Source of the DNA: Hydrolagus affinis
Taxonomy: Eukaryota
Reading direction: 5' to 3'
Length of the DNA stretch: 61,175 nt
Assembly (NCBI GenBank): GCA_012026655.1
Contig: JAAILG010001829.1
Coordinates: forward strand, 1-61,175
A model generated the notes under the pieces. It ran no database searches, was not told the origin of the DNA, and saw only the letters and a list, made by a program, of their open reading frames with translations. This document shows, piece after piece, positions 22,355-36,268 of this stretch (within the stretch, counting starts at the first letter, position 1; each line of letters starts with the position of its first letter). The translations under genes and the position numbers were made by a program.

Positions 22355-23335
22355 ACATCAACAATTTGCACTTACATAGCGCCCTCCTTGCCAGGTAGCA
22401 TCTCAGATCGCTTAACAGTGACACAGCCTGAGTATGAGCTGGAAATTTGGGGGCATGGGGAGGGTGGTGGGGTGGGGGAGAGATGGCCGTAAGCATGGTT
22501 GAAGAGGAAGGTTTTCAGGTGGGACTTGGAAAGGGGGAAAGAGGGGACAAGGTGGAAGGATTGAGGGAGAGTGTTCCAGAGTTTTGGGGCATAGTGGCTA
22601 AATGAGCAACCTCTGATGGTGGGTTGTGGCAGAGGGTGTAAAGGGCAAGTAGGAGGCCAGTACCAGTCGAGTGGAGGCACCGGGTGGTGGATTGGGGAGT
22701 GACGAGGTAGGAGAAGTAGACAAGGAGTGCCAGGGAGTGAGTGGATTTGAACACGAGTGTGAGGAGTGTGAAGTCTATCCTGTTCAGTGATGGGAAGCTA
22801 GTGGAGCCTAGACAGAACTGGTGAGATGTGGGTACGGAGTTTGGTCTTGGTTAGTATTTTGGCCACAGAGTTCTGAATGAACTGGATCTTTTGAATGGTG
22901 GAGCTGTGGAGACTATTGAGGAGTGCGTTGGAGTAATCCAAATGGGAAGTGATAGATGCATGCACAAGGGTTTTGGCTGTATTTGGGGTAAGGTACGGTC
23001 AAAGGCGGGCAATGTGGCAGAGGTGGAAGAGGAGGTCCTGGTCATTGACCAGATGTGGGGGAGGAAGAACAACTGGGGGTTGAACCGTACATCTAGATTG
23101 CACACTAGTTCGGTGAGTCTGAGGGAGAGCCTGGGGAGTTTGTGGAGTTTGAAACCACATTAGTGAAGATGTTGATGGGAGCCAAGGAGCATGGCTTCCG
23201 TCTTGTTTGTATTCAGCTGCAGGAAGTTCACACTCATCCAGGCCTTGATGTCTGCCAGACAAGCTGATAGAACATTGACGTATGTGGAATTGCTATTGGA
23301 GGACCCAATGTAGATTTGTGTGTCACCTGCATTCA
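22355..23335 (-). mobile_element. L2 LINE fragment
   Basis: APKLWNTLP, LKTFLF and NLDVRFNPQL motifs; homologous to 44247-45280. Confidence 0.85.
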
Positions 23336-25112
23336 TGTGGAAGTTTACCCTGTATTTTCTGGGTAAAGAGTAAAGTTCCCTCTACCTCAACCCCACGATA
23401 TGGATTTATTCATAATTCCAAAAAGAGCCTTCTACTACATATGTTGCGAGATTTAGTACAATCTATCTCTTCAGATAAATTATTTGATGCCAATTAACAA
23501 TTGCCTGGCAATTCATGGCAGTTTTGTGCTTTACATTTATGCTCAATAAAACCTGGGTTAAAAATTGGCCCAAATTTACTTAACTTTCTATCCTCACATT
23601 CAAAAGAGGGTTGAAACAATTTAGGAGGTGCTAATATTTTTTCGGAGTAAAATATTGGCAATAGCTTGCTGTTACACAGATTTTTTTTCTATAAAAACAA
23701 GAAATACAAGTATGGTAGCCCCACCCTTTTTATTGCGAGGATAAATAATGTGCTCCCTGTGAGTTCTCAGAAGATGGTAATACAAAACATCTGTGGTTTC
23801 CATAAAAGAAACTCAAGGCCATTGTGCTATAAACTACATTTAAGGAAAGAAATATCAATGCCAAGAATGAGCAGATATTACATTGTGCAAAAACTGTAAT
23901 TACGACTGGTGTTTACCCTACCATGGAAATTAATGGAAACCACGTGAGCACCTGCTGCTACCACAATAATTGTGGTAATTCATATGTAATTCATTTTCTG
24001 TAGTACTTTTGGTAACACCAAAATAATAGTTTGTGAAAATGTCCTTTGAGGCTGTTTCTTGACATTTATACTCGCCAACAAAATATCCAAATAAGTAATT
24101 GTGAAGCAATTGCACAATGTGGGGTTCCTCACACGGTTTCTTACTGTGGTCAAAAAATGCTTCTGGGGAAAGAGGTTTGTAATAATGGTGCTTTACTGCT
24201 GGAAAAAGCCACTTTGCTTCATAAACTGTGTTTTCTGCAGGAAATCCCATGTACTGTATATCAATGATGCAGACGTGTGAGAGTTCAGCTCCAACTCCAA
24301 GATCTCCTAGGTTTTGAGAGTTAGTGTGACGCACACAGGAATCCTGGCCAAATACACAGTTTGAGCTGCAAAATTTCACTGAAGAGAACTCTTGTACTGT
24401 ACACACCCAGGCTGGTTAAGTGGGGCATGAGCAGAGGGAGAGAATTGGATGAGATACGCACAGAGAAAAAGAACCGGGAAACTAAAACACACTTAAAAAA
24501 AAATTTAAAAGCTAAAATAATGCCCTGATTTTTCTCGGTCCTTTCCTGACGACTCCAACCATAACCATTTCATAAAACTATGTGTTTAAAATACCTTTGC
24601 TGTAAAGATGCATTTCCTAAACCGACATGCACGTTTTGTTTCACATTCAACCACCAACAATAACATGTTTCGGGTATCTGGAAGAGATTTCCTTTATAAA
24701 GTTTTACATGCCTCTGGTTGAAGGCCAACTAAGTTCCTATTTCAATTAGCTTTATTGTTTACAGCTGTAAGAAATAAAAGAGTAAATAAAGACCAGCAGT
24801 AAACATACTCAACAATACACCAACTACGTTGTTCAACTGAATAAATAAACAGCCAGCACTCTTCTAAATCACCATGCCCCCTTCCTCCAAAGTATGACTG
24901 GAGACAATTTTCTCTACTTTAATAAAGCATGTGCAAAATTTTTGCATCTACATGAAAAAATAATCGTTTTATTCTTGATCTTTTTACGACCATACTGAAA
25001 TTTGTTGACACCGAGCATTTTGCAAGTTTTCAATGTTTCTCCTACTTCCCTTCCTTATGGCTCTACTTCTACTGTAAACACAAAAATTTAAACTCACATA
25101 ATTCATGTTGGG

Positions 25113-25350
25113 GGTTCAGCCTGGCTTGGCGGGTGTCACTCTTAACTCTGAGGCAGATGGTTTTAGGCTCAAGTCTCTGGTTAGGATTTTGTAATCTGGA
25201 CTGACACACTAATATTCTGCTGGGGGTTCCCTGCAATGCCAAGAGATGTCCATCCTTTGGATGAGACATTAAACTAAAGCACCATTTGCCTGTTCAGGTG
25301 AATGTTGAAGGTCCCATGGCACTATTCAAAAACAGAAGCAAGTTTCTCTC
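25113..25350 (+). mobile_element. Old Deu-domain SINE, 5' part
   Basis: cagcctggcttgg...ctctgaggcagatgg...gctgacac-like...cctttggatgagacattaaac...gttcaggtgaatgttgaaggtcccatggcactatt. Confidence 0.7.
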
Positions 25351-26517
25351 TAGACAATGATCACAAGATTGGTCTGGATGAAGATCTCATCCAATATTAT
25401 TCCTCTAACACCCATCCTTCCATCACAGTATTTTTCATCATTGTCCTTGCCTCCACCACCTTTCTTGGCAACCTGTTCCAGTTATTGATCAGCCCTTGAG
25501 TAAAGAAAAACTTTATGGTATCTGTCCTGAAATTTCCCGTTACAACTCTAAACCTATATCATCTTGCTCATCTCAACTATTATTATTATTACCTATCATA
25601 AATGGTCATTCTTCTTGTATCTGAAGGTTTTATAATTGTGAAGGACACCACGAACACACCCGATGATGTGCTCGCCCAGTATCTGCGCACTTGTGGTTTC
25701 CAACAGAGCATGACTAAATAGCGACCCGGAGCAAACTTTATCCTTCTATGGCAATGAAGCCAAATCAAATCAAAACTTACATTTATATAGCGCCTTTCAC
25801 GTCGAGAGGACATCCCAAGGTGCTGTAGTTAGGTACAATTGTAATTGAGATCAGCAAGCAATCCTACCTCCAATCTCTATTGGTTGTTAGTTTGTCTCAA
25901 TTCCACACCATGTATTTATGGAACTAATCCATGAGAGGGAGCCCTAACACATTGCTTTAACCATTTAAAAATGACTTGGGAGTAGTTCTCATGAAGAATG
26001 GACAGGCAATGTAGCTCTCTTTAGCATTCAAGATGATTTCTCTGATGATTTGAAAAGCAGTGATATGATATAATCCAATCATGAAATTCCACAAGGATTC
26101 TTAAAATCAATCTTAGGATGTATCTAATTTCTTTTAAAGAAACTGGCCTCCAAATTGATTCTGAATTATGAATTTTCCACAATTCTGTGTCATCTTAAAT
26201 TCTGAGACAAAATGGTCTTAAAGGATTATTGGATGGAATTTCAGGCCTTTAATGGGATATTGTTTATTCATTACTGGTATGAGCAAATGCAAGAATCCTG
26301 CACATTGGTTTGCTTCCTAGACTCTGTACATGAGAGTGTTCAAGAAGGAAAAAAAATATTATTTCAGCATTTGTTGCTCTGGGAAGCACATACAAACAGT
26401 TACTGCTTCTACAGCAATTTAAGATTTGCCTAGAATGCAGTATTTCAACAAGGTGAACAAGCTCCCAACTAAAATTTGAATGTTCCAGTGATTTTACCTT
26501 GAGAGTCACTAAAATAA

Positions 26518-26762
26518 GGCAAAACCTTGGGCGAGTTTCCTTACTCCACACTCCTAATAATAATCCCTGAAAGAAAACCAATAATAATTTGGTCACTCAA
26601 TATCACAACTATTTGTAGAACACTGCTATGCACAAATGGCTGTCACGTTTCACCCACAAATATACAGTCAATTCACTTTGAATATTCTGTGAAGCGCTTT
26701 GAGATGTCTAGAAGACATAAAAAGCACTATATCAAATGCAAGGATTATTATTATTACTATTA
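26518..26762 (+). mobile_element. 5'-truncated tRNA-derived SINE
   Basis: ggcaaaaccttgggcgagtttccttac through aaatgcaaggattatt. Confidence 0.88.
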
Positions 26763-26962
26763 TTTTCCTCTGCCACAAAGAGGCTACATTGGTTTCAGAA
26801 CTTATTATTTCAGAACAAATATTTGCACATGCTCAATTTGCAGTGTACATATATGTAAATGAAAGGCTCAATGGGATGCAATACAACCCCATTCACATAC
26901 CATTAATTCAAACCATGATCTTACATAACAGCTCAGATTGGTCCTTGTTCTTTTCAAAAGTA

Positions 26963-27132
26963 TTAATAATAATCTTGTATTTTATATTGTGCTTATCGCA
27001 TCTTCAAAATGTTCCAAAGCTCTTTGCAGAATATACTGTAAAGTGAATCGACTGTATGGTTTGTGGGTGGAACTTGGCAGCCAATGGTGCACAGCAGTGT
27101 CCCTCAAACAGTCATGGATTGAGTGACCAAAT
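26963..27132 (-). mobile_element. SINE 3' half
   Basis: Reverse complement of the family body and tail. Confidence 0.82.
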
Positions 27133-27477
27133 TACATACTGCTAGTAACAGAGGTGTGTGGAGTAAAGAGTAATCTGATTGAAGCTCTTACATAGGAAAT
27201 CTTTCTCCTGAATAAGGATTAGTAAGGATTTGTTGTATATGACCACACCTGGTCCTATCTGTTGTCTCAGCCTCAAACACATTACTAGACTCAATAAGAA
27301 ATCAATTACTGATGTACTGTATCTTCTAAATCACATGAATATTTTTAAATTGATCATTTTTGGATGCTCAATGAGGTTCCAGTTAACGGGCCAATGCTCA
27401 GGGCAGATGGAAGCAGCCACAACACTGATTAATCTGCCTTCCTCACTCCCTTCACCTTGCTCCCTCTCTTCTTATTT

Positions 27478-28066
27478 TCAGGGGGAAAAAGGTGACCAAA
27501 AGTGCGGTCGAAAAGAAAGGTCTTTAGCCATGACCTGAAAAGAGGAAAAGAGGGGGCGAGGCGAAGGGAGTGAGGAAGGGAGTTCCAAAGCCTCGGGGTG
27601 TAGTGGCTGAAGGCATGGCCACCAATGGTGGAATGGAGGATTCAGGGGACAAGAATGAGGCCAGACCCAGTAGAGCGAAAAAACGGGTACCATTATGAGG
27701 AGAAAGGAAGTCAGAGAGGTAGGGGGGGTGGAGAGGAGTGGAAGTATTTGAAAACAAGAGTGAGGATCTTGAAATCGATCTGCTGCGAGACAGGGAGCCA
27801 GTGAAGTCTGGCAAGGACTGGGGTAACTGGGGAGCGAAGTTTGGTGTGGGTAAGAATGCAGGTGGTGGAATTTTGGATAAATTTGGTGGAGAGGAGACCA
27901 GCGAGGAGGGCATTGGAATAGTCCAGCCAAGAGGTGACAAAGGCATGGACCAGTGTTTGGGCAGCTTTGGGGATGAGATATTGGCAGAGACGGGCGATGT
28001 GTCAGACTTGGAAGAAAGCAGTGCTGGTGAGGGACTGGATGTGGGGGAGGAAGGATAATTGGGGGG
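27478..28066 (-). mobile_element. L2 LINE fragment (second subfamily)
   Basis: Near-copy in reverse of 44600-45180; same off-frame peptide MPLSPLGWTIPMPS. Confidence 0.88.
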
Positions 28067-30579
28067 TTAGCTGATTAGCACAGACTCATCATCAAACCTA
28101 GGCTTGTCATATAATGCTTCTCTCACTTTACATAGTGCCTTCGCTAACTCTGTCATCGGGGATATCTTGGAATTTTAATAAAGATTACTGCTAGTTATAC
28201 TTCTACAAGAAATTATCAAGAGGTCACTTCCCTACTGGAATCAGAGACTGTGGCAGTCCAGAGCTCCACTGTCACACTTCCCATTAGAGACAGCTACTTC
28301 ACTGCGGTTTATAATATTTCACCTTCCTATTGTTGAACCTTTATTCCACATTTGAAATGAAACACATGACAAGGAGCCAGATTTTTTGTGTATTTATACT
28401 TAAATTCCTAAAAAGCACAGACATGACATTTAGGAACAGACTCAACATGAGAACAGACTTATTTATAAGTGATCCAGCTGATCTGCCAAGAGTGAACACA
28501 CCTGTCATGATATTTTCCAGTATAATGTTAAAATAGAAAGATTCAATCTGTGTCATGCTGGATATTGTCTGTGCTAAGAGGATGCAGGTTTGTAGGGCAA
28601 TTTCACAAGCGATACCAGGCCGTATTTCATTACTCGGAGATCGAGCAATGTCTTGAATGGGATACCAAAGCGGTTGAGGGAAGGATGCTGGACTCATTTA
28701 TGAAACAGCTGGATGCTATAATGGGAGAACAACAGATGGGTATTCTGGAAGGATGAGATCAGTGGTCTGGGGGACTTCTTTCATTAAAACCAATTGTGTT
28801 ATCTTACTTGTGGTAGCTGTTGCATTGCAACAATTGGTCTCGGTGCCTCTGGGCTGTGAAGGGAGATAAAAATCAGGAAGGCTTGGTATTCCTAATCGCT
28901 AGCTAGTTCTTTAAAACGCACACACACAATGATGCTGATTGAAATTGGACCAGTCTCAATGCCTCTATGATTTAATTGCCAATAAGCACATACTAGTGTT
29001 TGCACACAGTAACTACCAGATCAAGAACATCTGTGATGTTGAATGGTATTTTCTGCAGAGAATTCTCCATTGACATTCCAATTCATAAGACTTTAGTTCT
29101 AACTCAAGATCTCATCAGATCTGAAGTCTTCGAAATGATGGGCAGACACTTCCATGCAAAATACAGTTTACATTGTGAACCCTGTTCACACTTTGGGGAA
29201 TGCCCTCTTGGGTGAGGAAGCTGAGGGCATTTGTTATCCTGTGGAACTGCATTTCAACAGGAGCATTAAGTGAATGGGGATTGGGGAGGTGGAACCTGAA
29301 GTGGTATTGTTTCTGAAAAAGTTCAGAACAGAGATTCATCAATGAATGGATCTGCCGTTTCTGTCCAGGATAACGGCCCTTCAGAAAATTGTTCATTTAC
29401 CTCCTGTTTTTTTGTGGCACTATGTTTTGTATTAGATTGACAGTTGCATTTGCCTACAAATACACAGCTATATTTTGTCATTGTAATGAATAATAATAAT
29501 CCTTCCTACATTTGATATATCATCTTATCATGTTATTGAAATATCTTAAATTGTTTCTCAGAATTGACTGAGAAGTGTAGTAACTGTGTATTTAGGCACT
29601 CGATCAAACACAATCACTGTTATACTTTTCATGCCAGCATGATTTACTGTTGAACGCAGTAGGAACCAATTACCCCAAATACAAAAGGGGTTCTGAAATG
29701 CATAGAAAAACATTTAGAATACTCGCTTCCCACCTTGCGATCACCTGCTTCTCCCTCTGGACTATCAACATTGCAAGTGATATCAATAGTACATATTGCT
29801 TCCAGCAACTGACCTCCGAAAGGCTAAGCTAGTAAAAAAAAACAACTAGGTGGCAACATTCCCTAGGTTCACACAAATCCAACCGCAGCTTGATATCCAT
29901 CCAAATAAATTATTCAATACTAAATAAAAGAACCCAAGTTTCAAAGTGTAAATCTGACAAATAGCAATATTTAGAAGCCACAACCACTCATTTTGGTTTC
30001 TAAATAATACCTATTTTATGTTCCTCACACTCTCATATCTTTAAATGGATTTCTAATGCATGCCACTATTGCTGATCATAAATGTCACTGTTAGCACTTG
30101 TAAGCAGCTCTGGCAGTGACTAGCCACCATTACTTCATGGAAAGCAAAGCTCTGGCACAGATATTTTGCTGTTGTGTTTTTGCTCAGTTATAAAACAGAT
30201 ATGCTCCTTTTGAGAATATATAGATTTACAGATTGTACAACACGGAAATAGCCTATTCAGCTAATCCATTAATACTCCACATGAGTCTTCACCCACTCCT
30301 CACTCCCTCCTTATCCTTCTATTTCCCTCTCCCTCAAGTGTGTATCTAGCCTTCCTCTTAAATACATCTTTACTCTGGTTTAACCATCACTTCAGGCAGC
30401 GAGTTCCATATTCTCAATCCACTGTCTGTATAGAAGTTTCTCCTAAATTTTTTTTAGATCATCAAGTGACTATCGAATACTTGTGTCGCTTTGTTAAGTA
30501 TGCTCCAACAATGAAAACAGCCTATTTATGCTCATGTTATCAAACTGTTTGATCATTTTAAGCACCTCTATAAGATCTA

Positions 30580-31440
30580 CATAAGAACATAAGAAGTAGG
30601 AGCAGGAGTAAGCCCTAGTTTTAGATTCTCTAACCAGGGGAAATAGTCTGACAACATTTACCCTGTCAAGGCCCTTAAGAATCTTATAGGTTTCTATAAG
30701 ATCACCTCTAATTCTTCTATATCTAGAGAATATAGGCTTAGTTTACGGTACTCAACCTCTCCTCGTAGGTCAACCCCCTCATTCCAGGAACCAACCTAGT
30801 GAATCTACGATGCACCCCTCCAAGGTGAGTACTGTATATCCTTTCTTTGATAAGGAAACCAAAACTGCACACAATATTCTAGTTGTGGTCTCAACAAAGC
30901 ATGACTTCCCTACTCTAACCCCTTTGTAATGAATGCTAATATGCTGTTAGCCTTTCTAATTACACCCCATCTGTCACCTTCTTGCCCACTCACTTAATTT
31001 GTCTATATCCCTTTGCTTTCTCCTTGTGTCACCCTCACATCTTACTTTCCCACCTAGATACATTATGCTCTATTTCCTCATCTAAGTCATTGATATAGAC
31101 TGCAAATGTTTGAGACCCAATTACTGATCCTTGCAGCACTCCACTAGTCACATTCTGCCAATCTGAGAAGGACCTATTTATCCCTATTTTCTGTTTTCTG
31201 CCTGTTAACCACTCTTCAATCCACGCTAATATATTACCCTTAATTCTAGAAGTCCTAATGTTATGTGGCACCTTGTCGCATGCATTCTGAAAATTCAAAT
31301 ACACTACATCCACTGTTTGCCCCCTATTTAATTTGCTAGGAACCTGCTGGTTATCTCAAAAATCTCTAAAAGATTTGTTAGACACAATTTCCCTTTGGTA
31401 AGCCATGTTGACTCTGCCTAATCATATTACGACATTCTAT
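30580..31440 (-). mobile_element. CR1 LINE fragment with internal deletions (older CR1 3' end adjacent at about 30225-30575)
   Basis: DVVYLNFQNACDKVPH, SGVLQGSVIG and YINDL RT motifs; cataagaacataagaa tail. Confidence 0.88.
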
Positions 31441-33292
31441 ATCCCACGACGATGTCTCTAATTTATATACCATAGAATTTTCACTACCATCTATGTCTCT
31501 CCTTAAAGAACTTACAACCACACATTGAAGACATCATTGTCACCTTTAGCAAGTTGGGTATAATTGACAATGGAATTAAAATCAAGTACAATTTGTTTAA
31601 ACTACTGAAGAACCTTCTTCTTCCAAAGCAATCTTTTGATCATACAAAGTAGTAGACTCTATTTAAGTCCTATGTGCTGAGAATGGGAATAGGCTCTGTC
31701 ATGAATGGGGGAAGGGAAGAAAATAAGTAAACTTGTTAAATGATTCCAAAAAGACGATGAGAAAGAAAATGAATCTTTATCCAGAAATTGGCAATGTGCA
31801 AATTCCTCTGGATTTATTTCATTTCAGCTGTTGAAAATAATTTTAAAGAAATTAGTGATCACCCCTACTGTTGTTTTGTTATCTTTATGAATATTTTAAT
31901 TCTATCTGGATTAAATTGCATAATAAACTATATTTTGCCCCCACATGTGTAGTAACTTTAAAATGTATTAACGCAGTTACACATCAGTTCAGTGATTCTA
32001 GCTCAACTGGACAAACTGCAGAGCATCAGAGAGCAGAACTGGCGCAATCCCAGGGCCACTCAGAATAAGATAAAACAAATATGTCTTTAATACAACAAGT
32101 TGTACTGTACAGATAGGCCAGCAGTTTCTCTCAACTATTTATATGTCACTTGCAGTTGTGCATTTTACTCTCCTAAAGGATACATCCTCTGCGACATACA
32201 ATGGTGGGGGATTAGTAAAATCTGAAATGGTACACTTTGTAAAATAGCACACATTACTACTGAACTCAGATTGTTGGGCAATAACTCTCCAGATTGATCA
32301 TTCACTTGTGGCTCTTTATGGGGATTTATTGACGCAAATAGCTGCTGAGTTTGGTACAATTGTTACTGCATGTGGCAGTAATTACCTGTGAAGCACTATG
32401 GTAGAGAGTTGAGGTGCTATAAAAAGGCAAACCATTTCTTTTTAAATACTTTAGATTAAAGATCGTGCTTGGGTGATACGCTGATCATTCTATATTTGTA
32501 AATTTTTGCTTTGTCACTGCACTATGGTAAGTAATAAGCCAAAATTGGCAATGCTAAAGAAGGCCATTCCATTGCAAAACTGGCCACTCAAGTGCATTCA
32601 AATCTGCTTGCTTATTCGTGCATATTTTTAAATTACACTGGTTAAAGTCACGAGAATACAATTATGGAATACTTCAAAATTCAGACAGAATTTAAGACAG
32701 TTTTGAAAAATCAAACTGTTTTGCTTACGGTAACTGAATTGTGGATAGTTTTTCTATTCTGTCTTAACTTGGAAACTGCCTCCTATGTTTATTGAAAGAA
32801 AATAGGTTCTGAATGAAGATCGACTTCAAGAATTTTCCACAATTCTGCACCTTCGTAAGATGAAACAGTCTTTCAGGCTGAATTTATAGGCAGAATATCT
32901 GTTCAGCAAACAGAGATGATATTTTCTTCACTATTCCCAATAGCTAATTTTAGCCTAATATTTGACTGATATCAACTAATGACGAGGCCATCAACTTCTA
33001 TCAACTTCTATCAACCTCCTGACCAGTAATCAAGGTTGGGACTTTCGGGATCTTTTTGGCTCAATTTTATACTACTGTAGTTAGCAATTTTTAAAAAATG
33101 AACCGAGCAAGATTTCAGGTTTTATTTAATATGAAGTTGCAATTTTAAGTATATGGCAATGACAAACTTTTTGAATGGAGGAAGATTACTATCAAGTGGG
33201 TCCATAAAGTTACCTCAAAATAGTCAAACAGATAATTTCTTTCTTCCAAAGGGAGAATGATTTTCCAGCTTCTACACCACAGTCTGTTGTAG

Positions 33293-33671
33293 AGAATCCA
33301 ATTCAAGATCCTGGTCCTCACATTCAAAGCCCTTCATGGCCTCGCCCCACCCTACATTTGTGACCTCCTAACCCCCTACCAACCAGCCTGCCCCCTCCTC
33401 TCAGCAGGCTCCAGCTTGCTCCATGTCCCCGACCCACCTGCCCCACATTGGCGGACAACCCTTCAGCCATTCTACCCCCAACCTCTGCAACTCCATCCTG
33501 CAGTCCCTTCCTGGACTCTTTCAAGTCCCGCCTCAAGATTCTCCTCTTCGACGACCCCATTGGCCACTCCAAATCCCTCCCTTTCCCTCCACCCTCCCTG
33601 TCCCTAGCTCCAGTCTGAAACAATGACAATGAAAGGAATTATACAAGTGTAATTTTGTGTTGTTGTTGTTA
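33293..33671 (+). mobile_element. L2 3' fragment
   Basis: ttcaagatcctggtcctcacattcaaagcccttcatggcct; (gtt)n tail. Confidence 0.85.
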
Positions 33672-34649
33672 TTTTACAGAATAAAACATACAACTGCAAA
33701 TACTTGGGAGAAAGGGCTGGCCTGACTGTACAGTACTACTTGCTGCAAAGCTTAAAACGTAAATCGTTGAAGATAACATTTCGTAATGGTCTCAATGTAA
33801 TAATAATCATCCCACTTCAAATCTGTCACAGAATGTCACAAATTAACCCTCATTGATCCACATTAATGGCCATTTAGTTATTTGGTGAAGTTGATCAAAA
33901 TAAATGTACATTCTATTCCACCTACTCCATTCCAGACAGACTTCTATGAAATGCACTGCACGAAGAACATTTATCACTAGTGTGATTATTCCAGATACTC
34001 CCCACCATTCATAAGTTTCCTAGTTTCCAACTAAGTGCCTGCTAGCTCCTAAGTTCTTTTGGCTTCTATCTCCTGCCACTGATATTCGTAACTGTTAACT
34101 TTTTTCAAACACCCACACTCAAAGGAAAAAATATTTTATAGCAGCAAACCCCCAGACAGTGATGTTATGTAGAACATCATGTTCATCTGAGGGAAAATAC
34201 AAGTGGGTGGAAGTTGTAATCGCGATTTTACAGTGAATGTCCTCATGATTGTCCTTGGCAACAGAGCTGCATTTTTCTCCCACAGTCCTCCCCCTTTTTG
34301 GTGTCCTATATCAGGGAAGTTTCACAGCCACAGCCAACTAAATAAACCCTGCTGTACATTATTTACCACCAACCTCATTGCTTAAAGTACACATTAAGTC
34401 ATCTGGGAAAATGTCTAATGTGTCCAGTCTCTGGACAAATATTCTTTTTTGCCAAAACATATCAGTGCCACACAAATTCACATAGTGTATATCAAAGAAG
34501 AGCTCTCCTGCTGCATGATTCTTGTGCTTCAATAAGAGGGTCACATAGACGTTGCTTCTGGGCTACGTGTTTCATTTAAAACCAGAGCAGCACCCAAATG
34601 TACGGGTGCAAGAAAAGTGAATGTGCACATATGGTATCTAGCTGACTGC

Positions 34650-34941
34650 ATAATAATAATCATCGCATTTGATATATGGTTTTTCACACCTTTTAGACAT
34701 CTCAAAGCGCTTCACAGAATATGATGTAAAGTGAATTGACTGTAAAATTGTGGGCGAAATGCGACAGCCAATTTCGCACAGCAATGTCCCACAAACAGTC
34801 TTGGATTGAAATGAACAATTTCTTTTTTTTTTAGGTATTATTATCAGGCGTGTAGTGTAAGGAAACTTGCCCAAGGTTTCGCCCTGCCTGGAATTGAACC
34901 CAGGTCTCTCGCTTGCAAGGCAAGCGCTCTAACCACTGAGC
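34650..34941 (-). mobile_element. tRNA-derived SINE, nearly full length
   Basis: Reverse complement gctcagtggttagagcgcttgccttgcaagcgagagacctgggttcaattccaggcagggc. Confidence 0.9.
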
Positions 34942-35371
34942 AAGTTGTTGCTGTTGGACACCCTCCGGTTGAAGATGTATAAATGCAAGTTGTTGTTACA
35001 TCGTATGGGGGGGGAAATTGATTATTTTAGGCTTGTCAGGTCACTGTTGACAACGCTACTCCTTGTGTGTTGTGTGTTATGTGCAGGTAGCACAGCCGAT
35101 ATCACTTTCTGTGCATTATGCATAAGAAATGCCGCTGACTTCACTTCTTTCACAAAATAATATCAGCATCACTTCCTGTGCAGGCAATAACAATTCCAGT
35201 TCTTTGGAGTAAAGGCGGAATCTGCAAACTTCTTACAGTTTGATTTTAAAATTTTCCCCTGAGCAAGAGTTTCAGATCAATCTAAATCTGAAAATCACCA
35301 TTGATTCTTTCAATTCTTAAAGATTGACAAGTTAGATTATAAGCCTCCAGTGAACGTGTTAATATTTGTCA

Positions 35372-35693
35372 GAGTCCTGTAGTTCAGCGGTTAGAGAACT
35401 CGCCTTACAAGCGTGAGACCTGTGTTTCGAATCCATGCAGGTCAGGGTGAATCCTTGGGCAAGTTTCCTTACTCCACATGCCTAATAATAATCCGTCCAA
35501 AAAAGAACCTATAATAAATTGGTCATTTCAATCCACAAATGTTTTTGTGGGGACACTGCTGTATGCAAATGGCTGCCGTGTTTCGCCCACAAATATACAG
35601 TTCTTTTTACAATATATTCTGTGAAGTGCTTTGAGACGTCTAGAAGACGTGAAAAGCGCTATATCAAATGCAAGGATTATTATTATTATTATA
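35372..35693 (+). mobile_element. Full-length tRNA-derived SINE with probable target-site duplication
   Basis: Family head, body and tail; flanked by attataagcctccagtgaac and attataagcctcccactgaac. Confidence 0.9.
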
Positions 35694-35737
35694 AGCCTCC
35701 CACTGAACCTGAACTCATTCTTTTCCAGCTACAGGTG

Positions 35738-36268
35738 TGAGTCAGCCTGGCTCAGTTGGTAGCACTCTTGGCACTGAGCTAGAAGATTTTGGGTGCAACC
35801 CCACATCTTGACTTTGAGCTGATTGTCTAGACCAAAGCTGAGGGAATGCTGTATTGTCAGACGTGTTGTCTTTTGGGTGAGTTGTTAAACTGAGGTCCTA
35901 TTTGCTGTTCAGTGGACATTATAGATCTCAAGGCACTACTCAGAAGGAGATTGCATGTTCTACTGGAGTCCTGGCTATCAAACCTCCAGATAAATATTGG
36001 TTATATTGTACAGAGTCCTAAGGACCCTGACTGTTCAGTACCTTGGATGAAAGGTACTTTACAAATGTAATTTTGTATTGTATTATTTACTTCATAGTAG
36101 TTTGCGACATATCGCTATGTGCAAATTAACTGCCGTGTTTGCCTACTCACACAGAGTCACTACAAAACAGCAACAAATTACATTTTTACAGAAATAACTT
36201 CTGTGAAACTCTTTGAGATGTCTTGGCAATGTGATAAGACACTACACCAAATGTAATGATGATTATTG
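35738..36268 (+). mobile_element. Old Deu-domain SINE
   Basis: gtcagcctggctcagttggtagcactc head; gctgagggaatgctgtattgtcaga...gttaaactgaggtc; gtgcaaattaactgccgtgtttgcctac. Confidence 0.75.

Noticed and set aside
23930-24406. 158-aa minus-strand ORF as a missing exon or nested gene
   Set aside because: No Gly-X-Y pattern or recognisable domain and no convincing splice pair
32990-33015. 10-bp tandem repeat atcaacttct
   Set aside because: Simple slippage duplication with no sign of function
34880-34941. tRNA-like sequences here and at 20881, 35374, 47994, 51480 and 59502 as tRNA genes
   Set aside because: All continue into the same SINE body and L2-like tail and have imperfect arms; they are SINE heads
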